In this document: in pieces, positions 22,965-33,792 of the stretch
Layout of the letters: the number at the start of each line of letters is the position of its first letter
Numbering within the stretch: the stretch's first letter is position 1
DNA from: a virus
DNA length: 64,000 nt
IMG/VR virus record: IMGVR_UViG_3300042373_001362
Location: 1 to 64,000 of that record
Reading direction: 5' to 3' (one strand)
Notes under the pieces: generated by a model
The model's input: the letters and a program-made list of their open reading frames with translations, nothing else
Told to the model about the DNA's origin: nothing
Databases searched by the model: none
Made by a program: the position numbers and the translations under genes

Positions 22965-25061
22965 TTACCATGTAATGAGTGCTGGCGTAGTGCTTATTCT
23001 CGTCCGCTTAGTACCTTTAGCTATTATAGTTACGTCAATTCTTTGGTCAGGATTAGTGCTGTAGGTTGTACTGCCTAGTCCCCGTATTCTAACTATTCCA
23101 GCCCCAGCGTTTCCATATGCTATGTCCGTAATATTCCATGTGTATGACATGGTGTTATTTGAAGCGCCAGGCCATAGATTACTTGGGTCCGATGTCTCGG
23201 AAGCCGTGAACGTTGTGCTTGTGCCACTGTGTTCTAGATAAAAGGACCTTGACGTTGTTGAAGCAGAGGTAACCGACCTTCCTGTAGCTGTAACCCTGAA
23301 GGACGTAATGGTGTATTGAACACTTCCTACGGTTGTAGCATTTGTTCCAGGCATACCACTGCTTGTTTTTATATAGGAGCTTCCACTAACAAGAGCTGTC
23401 ATTGTGTAGACGTCAGCAGCACCGTTATCCTGCCAAGACTCGACATTTGGTGGCTGACGGCTTTGTAGCCCTATAACAGCCAAGTTTATCCATGATGTTC
23501 CGACAATGTATCCAGTGTCCTCAGAAGAAAACTGCTCCGCTCGAATACGGTACTGTTGGTCGCGTTCAACGGTACCCGAGGTTGTAAAGCTTGTGCCAAA
23601 ACTTCCATTTGCAGCATTTCCAGTATAAGTAGCAATAAGTTGCTCAGCATGCGATGGGTTTGACCATGTGCCGTCTGCAGTCATACGCTGAAGATAAACT
23701 CTTGTTGTTGTTCCAGCACTGGAAGTAGAGCTCCTAACGTCTGTCGGGTCCACGCTCCATGTAATTCTTCTTACATTTGGCTCAGATTCTGAGTTATAGC
23801 TTGCATTGGCAGTAAGAACAGGAGCGGCGAATACGGGAGTTCTTGCAGTTGACGCAGAGCTGTACGCCCCATTGCCGACAGCGTTTGTTGCTAAGACTCG
23901 ACCAACATACGAGACTCCGTTGTTCAGAACCCATGATTTTGTGCGGTTTGTAAATTCGGTTGAACCAGAAGAGAAAGTTTCTGCAGTAGACCAAGATGAC
24001 CCGCCATTTGAAGAATATTGAACCGTGTAGCTAGTTATGTTGCTTCCGTTACTTGCCGGAGTAGACCAAGATATTGTAAAAACTCTGTCTCCAGAAGAGC
24101 TTGTTGGTGTTCCTACTTGAGAAGGTACTCCAGCTGTTGTTGCTGAAACAACCGAAGACCAGCCACTTTGGCCAACCTGATTAACTGCAGCAACCCTAAA
24201 ATAGTAAGTAATTGATGCTGATAGACCCGTAACTGTTGCAGAAGTATTGGTAGATACGCCGTCTGGAAAAGTCACAACATCTTCTGAAGGAAAGTTAGGA
24301 AAAATAGAACGTTGAATTATGTAGTCGGATATAGGCGAGCCATTGCTTTCCGGAGCGGTCCACGAAAGTGGGGATTCAGATACGCCATTACTCCCAGCAC
24401 TTAGAGAAATCGGAGCATTTGTTAATCCTGCTGTAATACCAACCAACATATTGCTGCTACTGCTTGGACCAGCAGCGTTTACGGCTCTGACACGAACGTT
24501 GTAGCTCGTAAAGTCAGCAAGACCAGTTATAACGTAATCCGTAGTTCCGGACTGTGTCATAGATGTCCAAGAAGTTCCGTTATTTGTTGAAAACTCATAA
24601 TCGGTTATGGCGCTACCACCGTTAAATGTAGGTGCTGTAAATGCAACAGTTAACTGTCTGTATCCGCGTGTTACAGAAGAAAGTGTTGGGGCATCGGGCG
24701 TAGTTCTTGGTGTTGTTGTTGTATTCCAAACATTTGACTCCGGACCAGGGCCCATACTATTTACGGCTCTTATTTTTACATAATAAGCCTGGCCATTGGT
24801 AAGTCCACTTATTGTTACTGGAGAAGTGGGTGGAGATGTTGAGGAAGAAGCCAAAGCCCATTCACTCCATGTGGAGTTGTTTGTTGAGAAAGCCTGCTCA
24901 TATTTTGTGACTGTTATGCCACCATTGAATGTCGGAGCGTCAAAGGCAATAGAAAGAAAAGACGCGCCAGGTGTTGAAGACGTTATTGTCGGCGCTCCCG
25001 GTTTTTCCTTTTCGCCAAAATAACATCTAGATGCAGTAGCTCTAGCTCCAATAAGAGGCAT
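22965..25061 (-). CDS. fibronectin type III repeat virion protein
   Basis: About four FN3 repeats; C-terminal domain paralogous to 20068-21657. Confidence 0.8.
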   Translation of the reverse strand: MPLIGARATASRCYFGEKEKPGAPTITSSTPGASFLSIAFDAPTFNGGITVTKYEQAFSTNNSTWSEWALASSSTSPPTSPVTISGLTNGQAYYVKIRAVNSMGPGPESNVWNTTTTPRTTPDAPTLSSVTRGYRQLTVAFTAPTFNGGSAITDYEFSTNNGTSWTSMTQSGTTDYVITGLADFTSYNVRVRAVNAAGPSSSSNMLVGITAGLTNAPISLSAGSNGVSESPLSWTAPESNGSPISDYIIQRSIFPNFPSEDVVTFPDGVSTNTSATVTGLSASITYYFRVAAVNQVGQSGWSSVVSATTAGVPSQVGTPTSSSGDRVFTISWSTPASNGSNITSYTVQYSSNGGSSWSTAETFSSGSTEFTNRTKSWVLNNGVSYVGRVLATNAVGNGAYSSASTARTPVFAAPVLTANASYNSESEPNVRRITWSVDPTDVRSSTSSAGTTTRVYLQRMTADGTWSNPSHAEQLIATYTGNAANGSFGTSFTTSGTVERDQQYRIRAEQFSSEDTGYIVGTSWINLAVIGLQSRQPPNVESWQDNGAADVYTMTALVSGSSYIKTSSGMPGTNATTVGSVQYTITSFRVTATGRSVTSASTTSRSFYLEHSGTSTTFTASETSDPSNLWPGASNNTMSYTWNITDIAYGNAGAGIVRIRGLGSTTYSTNPDQRIDVTIIAKGTKRTRISTTPALITW

Positions 25062-25063
25062 TG

Positions 25064-25924
25064 CTATTCCTTAAATGCAGACTGGCTAGCAAAAACGGCA
25101 AATTGGTTATTTCCAGTTTTTACCACAGTTATCGTATAAACGTCAATCGAAGAAGCGTTACCAGAAGGATACGCAGAGCCACCAAACCAACGAACAGTTA
25201 CACCAGATGTCAACTCATCAATAGTGATAGCGGAAAGCCTTCTGGCTGTTGTTCCCTGTGTACAAAAAGCAACAACGGTAATAGTTTCATGTGTTGCCAT
25301 GTCTGTATTCAGAGAGTTTGTTGATGTGATTTTAAATTGAAAATCAGCTGATGAGTTGCTGGAGTAGTAATAAATTGCACCGTTGTCTGTATTTAACGTA
25401 TGAAGGCCATCAAGGCCGGTTCCAGAATGTACAGCTTTTTCTATTAGTTGCTGTATTTTCCCGGTACCAGAAAGTGTTGTTATCCCAGAAAGAGTAAGAT
25501 TTGATGCCAATTTCCCGGAAGTAACAGCGCCTGCTCTGATTTTTGCCTCAGTAACCGCCTCTGAGCCAGATGTCCCATCGAGCTTGTCGGTGGTTACAGC
25601 TCCAGTTCTTATCTTTGCTGTAGTAACTGCCTCTTCGCCGACAACGTCGCTTTTAAGCTGTGCGGCCCCAATTCCATTGTCAGGAATGGTGAACTGACCA
25701 GAGTCGCTCCAGCTGACACCGTTGTAAAACTGTATTTTTTTCGTGCTTTGCAAATAACAAAGACGCCCTTCAGAAAGGGATGGTTCATTAGCCCCACCAA
25801 ACGCGGAGTCCCTTGCGGCAGCGTTGACAAAAACAGGGACTGTCTGGTCCATGAGATATTCGTTTATTTCTTTATCCGAAAGGGTTTCCCCCACCGTGAA
25901 CTTCTTTATTCCTGCGCCAGCCAT
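25064..25924 (-). CDS. tail fibre / baseplate-attached adaptor protein
   Basis: Repeated EAVTxAKIRxGAVT fibre motif; follows the baseplate genes. Confidence 0.65.
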   Translation of the reverse strand: MAGAGIKKFTVGETLSDKEINEYLMDQTVPVFVNAAARDSAFGGANEPSLSEGRLCYLQSTKKIQFYNGVSWSDSGQFTIPDNGIGAAQLKSDVVGEEAVTTAKIRTGAVTTDKLDGTSGSEAVTEAKIRAGAVTSGKLASNLTLSGITTLSGTGKIQQLIEKAVHSGTGLDGLHTLNTDNGAIYYYSSNSSADFQFKITSTNSLNTDMATHETITVVAFCTQGTTARRLSAITIDELTSGVTVRWFGGSAYPSGNASSIDVYTITVVKTGNNQFAVFASQSAFKE

Positions 25925-25974
25925 TTTTCCTCCGTTATTGCTCCAATTTTACCATCTAGGGTAATTTGTATTCG

Positions 25975-27657
25975 CTATGTAAGGCTTATCCCGTCTTCGG
26001 GGGTCCCTGTTATGTCGTTAGGGACAACGTTGCCCAGTGGATACATGCCGTCAACAGTGTCTCCAATTGGATTTCCTGAAACAGGTGTTCCGTCTGGCAG
26101 TATGCCCGCAAGAGTGTCTCCAACTTTGAATTCAACATCTTCTACGGCTCGGTGATAAATCTTAAAACCCATTGGCTTCGCCATTTCGACAGCGTCAAGT
26201 ATTGCATAACTTTCGTCACCGTCTTCTTTGCAATCAAATGTCTCATTAACAAGCGTCTCAATGAGAATCTTAAATGGGTCACTTTGGTAGTGGGGAATTA
26301 TGAAAATATAATATGTTGAATCTTCTCCATCTTTTGTGTAATGGAGAACCTGTTTAGTGGCTTCTTTGATTGCGTCTGTTGTTCCAGCCGCTCTTCCGTA
26401 GTATCCGGTAGAAAGCTGCCACTTGACAAAAGATTCAATGGCTCCATTGGATGTAAACATATCTTGCGGAGTTTCGTATGTTTCATCTGTTAAACCATTA
26501 TAGAAATATTTAATATTTTTCTTTAGCTTATGACCGTTGAACTGAGATAGCCAAGGCGCATTTTTTGAGTCGACATATTTTGGATTTACTAAAGTGCTGT
26601 GGGTGTTGTTCGTTGTGTATTGGTCGGAAAGAACAGCAAGCTGACGAGGTTCGTAGTGGTAAATACGATGATACTCATCAAGCACATCCCTGGCACCGGT
26701 CATCAAGCAGTCCATTAGCCTGTGTAGCGGAGCAGATGGGTTTGTTTGCGCTAAATCTATGTCCCAGTAAAAGTCGGGCATTGAAGAGCGGGCATCATAA
26801 ACGTAGGGATTTGAGTAATAAAGAAAATCTTCTATCAAATGCGGGGACGTAACATAAACGGGTTCTCCACCATGCCCTGTGAGGGTGATTGATATATCAA
26901 AGTTGTAAGTATCTTCTTCATCAAGGGGAAGCATTTCTACATTGCTTCTAAATGCAGAAAATCGTCCAGGGTAAATAACAGAAACAGACGGCTCTGTGGA
27001 TTCTATACCAACCCATCCAGAATAAACTAAAGAGCATGTAACAGAAGTTTTGCTGTTGCAGTAAATTTTTCCATTAAAAGAAAAATCTTTGCCATTATCC
27101 CCAAGAAGCATTGGTGTTTTTTCCAAAAGGCTCAGCACTACGGGCTCTGTACCACTAGGATTAATTTTAATTGAATACCTAGATGTGACATCATATATTT
27201 CCGAAGTTGTAGAAATTGTTCCACCACTACACGTCCACTGATGTGGATATGGGTAGTAAACAACGCAGTCTGTAGAGGAAGAAGTTATTTCTCCCATTGA
27301 CCACGAAAGCTCTGTTTCAACGTGTATGTAGTAATAGCCCCCCGATTGACTAACATACACAATGTTGTATGTGTCATTTAGTGAGCTGGGATTACTATCT
27401 GTTGGTGTTGGCGCATATCCAGTAAGGTCTGAGATAGATATCCCGTCTACTCTTATTGGGTCACCAACTGATGGCAAGTATGAATTTGACACTTTTAATA
27501 TTAAATTGTTTATGCCTGCTGGATACGAAACGTCTTCATCAATTCTCCATTCATGCACAGTAAATGCATCGCTAGACAGAGGTAACGCAGCACCTGTTAA
27601 TCTGTTTTTTGATTCTAGGCCATTGTATTGAGAGAGTCTGTTAAAAGTTTTTGCCAC
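25975..27657 (-). CDS. baseplate wedge protein (P2 gpI-like C-terminal part)
   Basis: PWLSQFNG, AAGTTDAIK, KPMGF; follows the baseplate J-like gene. Confidence 0.6.
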   Translation of the reverse strand: MAKTFNRLSQYNGLESKNRLTGAALPLSSDAFTVHEWRIDEDVSYPAGINNLILKVSNSYLPSVGDPIRVDGISISDLTGYAPTPTDSNPSSLNDTYNIVYVSQSGGYYYIHVETELSWSMGEITSSSTDCVVYYPYPHQWTCSGGTISTTSEIYDVTSRYSIKINPSGTEPVVLSLLEKTPMLLGDNGKDFSFNGKIYCNSKTSVTCSLVYSGWVGIESTEPSVSVIYPGRFSAFRSNVEMLPLDEEDTYNFDISITLTGHGGEPVYVTSPHLIEDFLYYSNPYVYDARSSMPDFYWDIDLAQTNPSAPLHRLMDCLMTGARDVLDEYHRIYHYEPRQLAVLSDQYTTNNTHSTLVNPKYVDSKNAPWLSQFNGHKLKKNIKYFYNGLTDETYETPQDMFTSNGAIESFVKWQLSTGYYGRAAGTTDAIKEATKQVLHYTKDGEDSTYYIFIIPHYQSDPFKILIETLVNETFDCKEDGDESYAILDAVEMAKPMGFKIYHRAVEDVEFKVGDTLAGILPDGTPVSGNPIGDTVDGMYPLGNVVPNDITGTPEDGISLT

Positions 27658-27659
27658 GG

Positions 27660-29111
27660 CTAAACCACCGTATATGAAATTGTTAAATTATCAGGAGTGA
27701 TTCGTGGGGACCAGCCTTTATTTGCAGGTTCCAAATTCTCGTCAATTTGTGGAAGCCAGTTTGAATCACCTGGGTCTAAAGACAGAGAAGAAACGTATTT
27801 AACTCCAGGAATAGAACTAATTAATGCAATTATTTGATTAACCCTAACTGCATCTTCTGAGATGGGGTAAGAACTAGGGCTTAGATACTCGATAATGGAG
27901 TTTTCTACTGTTTGCTGAAGCGGCTCTTGGTCATAGTTTGAGTCAAGAACGACAGAAGCTGTAATGTCTAGTGACAATAACTCGACATTGCTTACGCTAA
28001 CTATAAGACCAGGAAGGGACTTTTTTGTAACCTCAGATTGAATGTCATTAAGCTGTGGTTCGATTAAAAAGTTTCCATTTCCATAAACAAAAACAGCAAT
28101 GTATCCAATAGCGTCAATACCTTTTGCAACAGTCCCCGAATCAGCAGTGGAAGACTGAATAGAACCACTGTTTGCATAAGAGATGGTTGTTGTACCGACT
28201 TCTGTTAATTCGTATGTTCCGTTGTAAGCAGTATTTGTTAAACCAGAAACAGTAACCATATCTCCTACCTGAAACTGATGACCAGAACCAACAGTTACGG
28301 TTGCGATTTGACTTGGTGAAGTAACCCTAGAAACGTTTGTAATTGTTCTGGTTTTACTTGTTGCGATGTCTCCAGTGTCTGGGTCTCCATCTGTTAGGTC
28401 ATAGGTACGAACCCTGCCAACCAAACCTGAATACCCATTTGACACAAAAGAATCAACCTGGGATGCTTTAACCAAGGTTGAAGAAAGAGAAGAAAGATAA
28501 GAAACAGCCCTAGATAAAAACTCTGGAGAGGTTTCATCATTTAGACCATTTTGAAAATCTCCACCAGCTTCCACGCTGAGAATTGATGTTGATGGGCTCA
28601 AAATAGAAAGAGCGGTCCCCTCGTTGACGAAAGGAATAACGCCAGGGGTAAAACACTCCGTAAGAACCTGACCAGATGGGAATGGGTCACCAGGGGATGG
28701 GGATTCATCGGAAGGAATTTCTAGCGCTTCAACCGTATAGAATACGTACTCAAGAACTTCGTCTTCAAACTCAACCGTATATCCGAAAATTGTTCCAGGA
28801 GGTATTGTTGCACCCTCATACGAGTCGGCCGTAACCGTAACAGACATCTGCGCTGAAGAAGACAGGTTTATTGTTACTCCCATCATCGACAGAATTCCTG
28901 ACATTAACCTGTCTGGAATTCTGTTCATGGCGCTAGCGTTTACCCAGCCAATCCATGACATCGCTTGAAATATCGCGTCTTCTACGGTTCCCGCCCTGAG
29001 CGTGAACTCTGGCATGGTCAGTCGAGCCATCTCTATGGCCTCAAGGTACATGTCGCCGGGCTGTTTGTCGTAGACAGTAAGGTCTACGTATTCTGAAAAA
29101 TCTGCTGCCAT
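27660..29111 (-). CDS. baseplate J-like protein with an inserted beta domain
   Basis: TIPPGT, GLNDET, ISSIPGVKYV; insert GHQFQVGDMVTVSGL...YNGTY. Confidence 0.8.
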   Translation of the reverse strand: MAADFSEYVDLTVYDKQPGDMYLEAIEMARLTMPEFTLRAGTVEDAIFQAMSWIGWVNASAMNRIPDRLMSGILSMMGVTINLSSSAQMSVTVTADSYEGATIPPGTIFGYTVEFEDEVLEYVFYTVEALEIPSDESPSPGDPFPSGQVLTECFTPGVIPFVNEGTALSILSPSTSILSVEAGGDFQNGLNDETSPEFLSRAVSYLSSLSSTLVKASQVDSFVSNGYSGLVGRVRTYDLTDGDPDTGDIATSKTRTITNVSRVTSPSQIATVTVGSGHQFQVGDMVTVSGLTNTAYNGTYELTEVGTTTISYANSGSIQSSTADSGTVAKGIDAIGYIAVFVYGNGNFLIEPQLNDIQSEVTKKSLPGLIVSVSNVELLSLDITASVVLDSNYDQEPLQQTVENSIIEYLSPSSYPISEDAVRVNQIIALISSIPGVKYVSSLSLDPGDSNWLPQIDENLEPANKGWSPRITPDNLTISYTVV

Positions 29112-29115
29112 GAAT

Positions 29116-29412
29116 TTAATCTTCCGTTATTACAAAAGAAAACTGAACATTCACTGTGTCAATTTCTTCCGATATGTTTAATGATGTTATTTCAACTTCT
29201 GGTACAAAACGAGAAGCATTTAAAACAAATAGACCTTTATCGATTGTTGTGAATGTCGGGTCGCTAACCCCAAATCTTGGGGTGAATGGATGAATGTTCG
29301 GCTCTGTAAGCAAGGCAACTGTCAATAGTTGTGAATAAAAATCATATGTACCATCGATGAGTTTTTCAACACCGTTTGCATTGAACTTAAGTGGGAATTT
29401 AATTGTATTCAT
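29116..29412 (-). CDS. gp25-like baseplate / sheath initiator
   Basis: IKFPLKF...TEP..HPFTPRFG; size and position. Confidence 0.7.
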   Translation of the reverse strand: MNTIKFPLKFNANGVEKLIDGTYDFYSQLLTVALLTEPNIHPFTPRFGVSDPTFTTIDKGLFVLNASRFVPEVEITSLNISEEIDTVNVQFSFVITED

Positions 29413-29471
29413 GCTTAATTATCCCACAATCGAGCCATAGTGGCGTAGGCAGGAATGAGTTAAACAACATT

Positions 29472-30533
29472 TTAAAACCTCCTTATTGGAATAACACCCA
29501 TTGCTGTGTTTTTTGCAGTTCCCACGACAGTGCTTGTAAAAACAGAAGCACTTCTTGCTGTGGAGTTGGTGTACTCGGTTGATGACCAAAAACTGTCAGT
29601 GACATTCACCGACAAACCTAGTTGTTCATAAATAACACTAAGCATAATGCGCATTTCACCTATCGAACCAAGGTACCAGTCTGTTTTCCCACCATAAACA
29701 AGCTCATGACAATACCCAGCAGCAGAGGTAGACGTATTCCCTTGTGCAACAATATCTAAAGTGTTTTGATATCCGGAACCAAGACCTCTTAAATCTGCAC
29801 CAACTACAGCCGTTGATGAGTAATTAACTGGGGCAGTAGAACTCCATGTTATAAAATAGCTACCGCTGTCTGGGAAGAAAAGTTGCGGGCCAGCTTCAAG
29901 GTATGTAAAATCTGCATATTCATTGAATCTGTCAACAAAAAATATAATTCCCCCACCGGGTCCAGTGCTACCAACTTTATATTCAAAAGATGACTCAAAC
30001 GACGGGCCCGTTGCCCCAGATGGTCCAGTCGGTCCGATTGAACCAGGCGCACCAGAAGGTCCAGATGGTCCGGAAATACCTGTTGGTCCTGTCGGTCCTG
30101 TCGCGCCAGTTGTTCCACCCGTTTGCACCCAAGCAGAACCGTCCCAATACTCAACGACAGAAGTTCCGGTTATATACGTAAATATGCCGGTATCTGGTGA
30201 AGCGCCAAGTGAAACCGTTCTGTCGTCTTCTGTCGCAAAAATAAGAATAGAGGAGCGATTTGTAGTTTTTGTAGAGCCAAAAATAACAAAACTTGTCATT
30301 GCTGAAGTTAAGAAAGTTCCTACAAGAGTGTCGCCAATTTTGTATTTTTTTGTTAGGTCGACATCAAGGGGCATGACTGGACCTATGTCTGTGCCGAGTT
30401 CAGGGACATGAACATGAACGCGCCCGTCATTGCTCGTCATTGTTACGATGCAGTTATATATTTCACCAGGCTGTTTGGGTATGGAAAATGCATTATCTCT
30501 ACGTATTGTCCGTACTTGTGGAGGTGTAAGCAT
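29472..30533 (-). CDS. baseplate spike-like N-terminus + collagen linker + DUF1566/Lcl-C-like domain
   Basis: GRVHVHVPEL OB-like start; GPT run; GPGGGIIF...DWYLGSIGEM...FWSSTE...PIRRF. Confidence 0.65.
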   Translation of the reverse strand: MLTPPQVRTIRRDNAFSIPKQPGEIYNCIVTMTSNDGRVHVHVPELGTDIGPVMPLDVDLTKKYKIGDTLVGTFLTSAMTSFVIFGSTKTTNRSSILIFATEDDRTVSLGASPDTGIFTYITGTSVVEYWDGSAWVQTGGTTGATGPTGPTGISGPSGPSGAPGSIGPTGPSGATGPSFESSFEYKVGSTGPGGGIIFFVDRFNEYADFTYLEAGPQLFFPDSGSYFITWSSTAPVNYSSTAVVGADLRGLGSGYQNTLDIVAQGNTSTSAAGYCHELVYGGKTDWYLGSIGEMRIMLSVIYEQLGLSVNVTDSFWSSTEYTNSTARSASVFTSTVVGTAKNTAMGVIPIRRF

Positions 30534-32134
30534 TACTCGCTCCCCGGTGTATTGACGTATTTCCCATTAGGAAATTTTTTTATTAGTATTTCTTGTTGCT
30601 GTCCGCTTATGAGTTTTCCATAAACACTGGCGTTGGCAATAGATTCTTTTCCTGTTTTGCCCCTTACCTTGGCCAAAAATTTTCCATCCGATTGATACTT
30701 GGCGATAGCCTGGTTTTGCGTTAACTCAACTGGGGCTCCATTAACTGTCCATATTGGAGTAAGAAGAAGCGAGAATGGTTTTCCACCATTTACGCCTGTT
30801 TCTCTCCATGGATAAATAGTGATTGAATAGGTTGTTTTTGGTTCAGAACCGGACATGAGCAATGGTCTTCCGTAAAGGTCTACGTTCCCTGTTGCAAAAA
30901 CGCCTTTTGTAGCTAACGGGTAGCGATTGGTTCTGTTTTCTGCATCAGGCAATGGGAATATGCCTTTGTATGCTCTGTCTTTAAAAAAAATTGAACCGGC
31001 GCGAGTAACTTCATATGCCCTGCTTGCTCCAATTATTCCAACTTGTGCATCCACATCGATAACCTGTGGCCCTCTTGCGCCGATTGCCAAGTCTTTTATT
31101 TCTTTAGGTTGCTTTTCTGGTTTTTTAAAAGAAATATTTACCGCTTCAGGGGATATGTCGGGAAAAGAAACATCGGATATTAGGTAGTATCCATCGTATT
31201 CAGACATGCCGCCAAGCTTTATAGTCATTCCAGGCCTTAGACGAACTGCATTAAATCTATCTACTCGTGCTGTTCCGGAGGCTTCCCATGGGTTGTTGTC
31301 TGATATAGAAATACTCGGAATTTCCATAAGCTGAAGGTCTTCTCGCAGGTCCGCAGAATCAAACTTTTTGTTTTTCCATGTGAGTGGAATGTATTTATTT
31401 TTTGTTTTTTGATTTTTGTCTTTGCTTTTTTTCTGAGCAGCAGTTAAAGGAGCTTCGTGGGTTCCCCATCTTTTTAAAATAAATTTTTCTGATGCAAAAA
31501 TTAGGTATCCATCAACTTCGTAAACAACAAACTTTGCATCACTAGCCAGTTTTGTGATTACGTCCCATAGTGATTCTGCTTTATTTCCCGATGAAGCCTT
31601 GCTTATGTTTTTGGACTTAGAAGTAGCTTCGCCCCAAAATTTAAGTCCATATTTTTTTGCAGCTCTTTTTACAAACTCTGTTCCTGAGCCACCAACAGTC
31701 CCAGGCTTTCTGTCTCTTTTCATCTGCTGAATAGCCCTTGAGTAGCAGGTAACAGTTATTGTTGGATTTTCTCCAGGACCCTGGGAAACGCCAACATTCG
31801 CTATTTCAAAAAGCTGAAGCTGTCTTTCAGATATGTCTGGAAGTGTTGTTTTTTCAATTGTTCCAAAAGTTTCACTCATATAAGCAACTACTCGGCCTAT
31901 TTTAAAATAATTTTTAGAAAGCATTCCGAGCTCTTCATCTAGAACGGAAAAAGTAAGCTCACTAGACATGTTCATCGTGTAGCTAATATCAACACTAATT
32001 AAACGTTCTCTTACTTCTGCAATTTCTTCCCTTTTTTCGTCCATGAAGAAAATAACGCCACCATATTGGCGTTCGAGAGAGCGGGGAATTTGCTTCCATA
32101 ATTCAATTGGAATCCTGTTATCTGTATTACTCAT
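30533..32134 (-). CDS. baseplate hub protein
   Basis: ESLWDVITKLASDAKF..YEVDGYLIF, LRPGMTI, GYYLISDV; position. Confidence 0.65.
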   Translation of the reverse strand: MSNTDNRIPIELWKQIPRSLERQYGGVIFFMDEKREEIAEVRERLISVDISYTMNMSSELTFSVLDEELGMLSKNYFKIGRVVAYMSETFGTIEKTTLPDISERQLQLFEIANVGVSQGPGENPTITVTCYSRAIQQMKRDRKPGTVGGSGTEFVKRAAKKYGLKFWGEATSKSKNISKASSGNKAESLWDVITKLASDAKFVVYEVDGYLIFASEKFILKRWGTHEAPLTAAQKKSKDKNQKTKNKYIPLTWKNKKFDSADLREDLQLMEIPSISISDNNPWEASGTARVDRFNAVRLRPGMTIKLGGMSEYDGYYLISDVSFPDISPEAVNISFKKPEKQPKEIKDLAIGARGPQVIDVDAQVGIIGASRAYEVTRAGSIFFKDRAYKGIFPLPDAENRTNRYPLATKGVFATGNVDLYGRPLLMSGSEPKTTYSITIYPWRETGVNGGKPFSLLLTPIWTVNGAPVELTQNQAIAKYQSDGKFLAKVRGKTGKESIANASVYGKLISGQQQEILIKKFPNGKYVNTPGSE

Positions 32135-33792
32135 GGGTTTACAAAATTACCATTATCAAGAATTTCGTCAAAATTCATAGTCGGATTTTGTTTAGCTCTA
32201 GCGTAAGCAGCTTCGCGGCCAGTAACCACAATAACAGAATTGCATTTTGCATTAAATTCTATAAATCCTCTTGCAGCAGCTCGAGTTAAAAAGTCAATCG
32301 TAAGTCCTGTCCTTAATGCCAAACTTGTACTTGGTTTGGTTCTGCTACACAGCGTTCCTTCTCTTGGAGTACGTGGCGGTAACTCTACAATTGGCGTAAG
32401 TTTTGGAAACTCAATAAGTTTTATTAGTTCTTTCGGATACTCAGTCAATGTTATGTCGCATGAAGCCCTGCTTATTGCCCCAGTTGAACTTCTGTACACA
32501 GATGTAACGCTAAAGTCAGCTATGACAAACAGTGAACCGCTACCCGAGTCTTTGTTAAATGGGTATCTAACGGGTTCTTGTAAGAGTTTGTCAAAACCCA
32601 TAAACACAACAGGGAAAGGGCTTGAGGCCATTTGCCTAAGTGTTTTCAAATCGTTATCTACACTTGTTGTTATTACACCGTTGTCAAGCGCCCTATCAAG
32701 ACTTCCCTCAGCGTTTGGTGCAACTAAAAAGCTAAACGAAACACTCATTAGCTTGTAAGACTTCCAATCAACCATCGGCCTATTTGCAGCGCGGTCAATT
32801 GGCGACCATTCAGAACCAATGCTTGTATAAGAAATTTGGTTTGGTCTATGAAGAAACTCGTATGTGAGCTGAGGCTGTCCAGAAGTTGTTGTCTGTACAA
32901 GTTTTGGCGCTTGGGAAGCAGAAATAGTTACAGAGCCAGCATTAACTGTTCGACTTAAAGCAGGTGAGGCGACAGTTACCGCTATGTTTTGACTTCTTGG
33001 TGTTTGCCTGGCAATTCTTGCACTTGGCATAATTAATGAATTTGCTGCTCTTGTTGAAAGTGCAGCAGCTGAATTTGCATTTACAAGAGCAATTGCCTCA
33101 GCTCTTGTGTTCCCTCTGGCTATTAGTTCATCAATTTTAGCAAGCCTAATTGATTCTGCAACGTTAGCCATTAAAGATTCGTTGCTTTGACCAGATGTGT
33201 CTCTTGTAAATAAACTGTCAATCAAATATTGACTGTCGGTAAACCCAAAAGTTTCTAAATTTCCAAATGTATAAAATCTATTGTCAAACGGGTGATACCA
33301 ATATGCAGGAATAATTAGGTTGCCGTTATCATCGTATGTGTTTGTGTACGTTTGAGGGCTTTCAATCCAAACCTGAATATTATTGTAAGAATATGGATTT
33401 GTTGACGCAGGAAGAGATGCAGAAACAGGGTATAGCTTTGTTCTGCTTGTTGCAACAAAAAGCTTTGTTCCATAGTACTTATGTGTATAAACACTAAACC
33501 TGTCGGGGTAGTACCTGCGGGTTGGTTTTATGCCTATTTCTGTACGCGGTTCGTATCTTGTTCTTTCGGCGGGAACGTTTTCATCTCCAGGCATATATTG
33601 CTTGTACGCAGTGAGGGCAGGAAGAGGAAGCCAGTATTCAATTTCATTAATTCTTAAATCGGTGCCATTTAAGATGCGTTTGTATAGATGAAAAATTGGA
33701 TACCCAGGGTACACAACACCAGGACCGGGTTGAGTTTTTCTGACTTCTTTGTAGTAATAGGTTTCTTGAATTGGCTGAGGAGATATAGACAT
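32131..33792 (-). CDS. tail tube initiator / baseplate protein with N-terminal extension
   Basis: Directly after the tape measure; C-terminal FxxRPNQISY...CDITLTEY. Confidence 0.55.
   Translation of the reverse strand: MSISPQPIQETYYYKEVRKTQPGPGVVYPGYPIFHLYKRILNGTDLRINEIEYWLPLPALTAYKQYMPGDENVPAERTRYEPRTEIGIKPTRRYYPDRFSVYTHKYYGTKLFVATSRTKLYPVSASLPASTNPYSYNNIQVWIESPQTYTNTYDDNGNLIIPAYWYHPFDNRFYTFGNLETFGFTDSQYLIDSLFTRDTSGQSNESLMANVAESIRLAKIDELIARGNTRAEAIALVNANSAAALSTRAANSLIMPSARIARQTPRSQNIAVTVASPALSRTVNAGSVTISASQAPKLVQTTTSGQPQLTYEFLHRPNQISYTSIGSEWSPIDRAANRPMVDWKSYKLMSVSFSFLVAPNAEGSLDRALDNGVITTSVDNDLKTLRQMASSPFPVVFMGFDKLLQEPVRYPFNKDSGSGSLFVIADFSVTSVYRSSTGAISRASCDITLTEYPKELIKLIEFPKLTPIVELPPRTPREGTLCSRTKPSTSLALRTGLTIDFLTRAAARGFIEFNAKCNSVIVVTGREAAYARAKQNPTMNFDEILDNGNFVNP

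Noticed and set aside
23964-23978. FSSG in the FN3 protein (also at ~7481-7495 in the LPXTG protein)
   Set aside because: Single occurrences without Arg in Ser/Gly/Thr-rich proteins; expected by chance
29472-29700. Diversity-generating retroelement
   Set aside because: No reverse transcriptase or adenine-variant template repeat visible in this window
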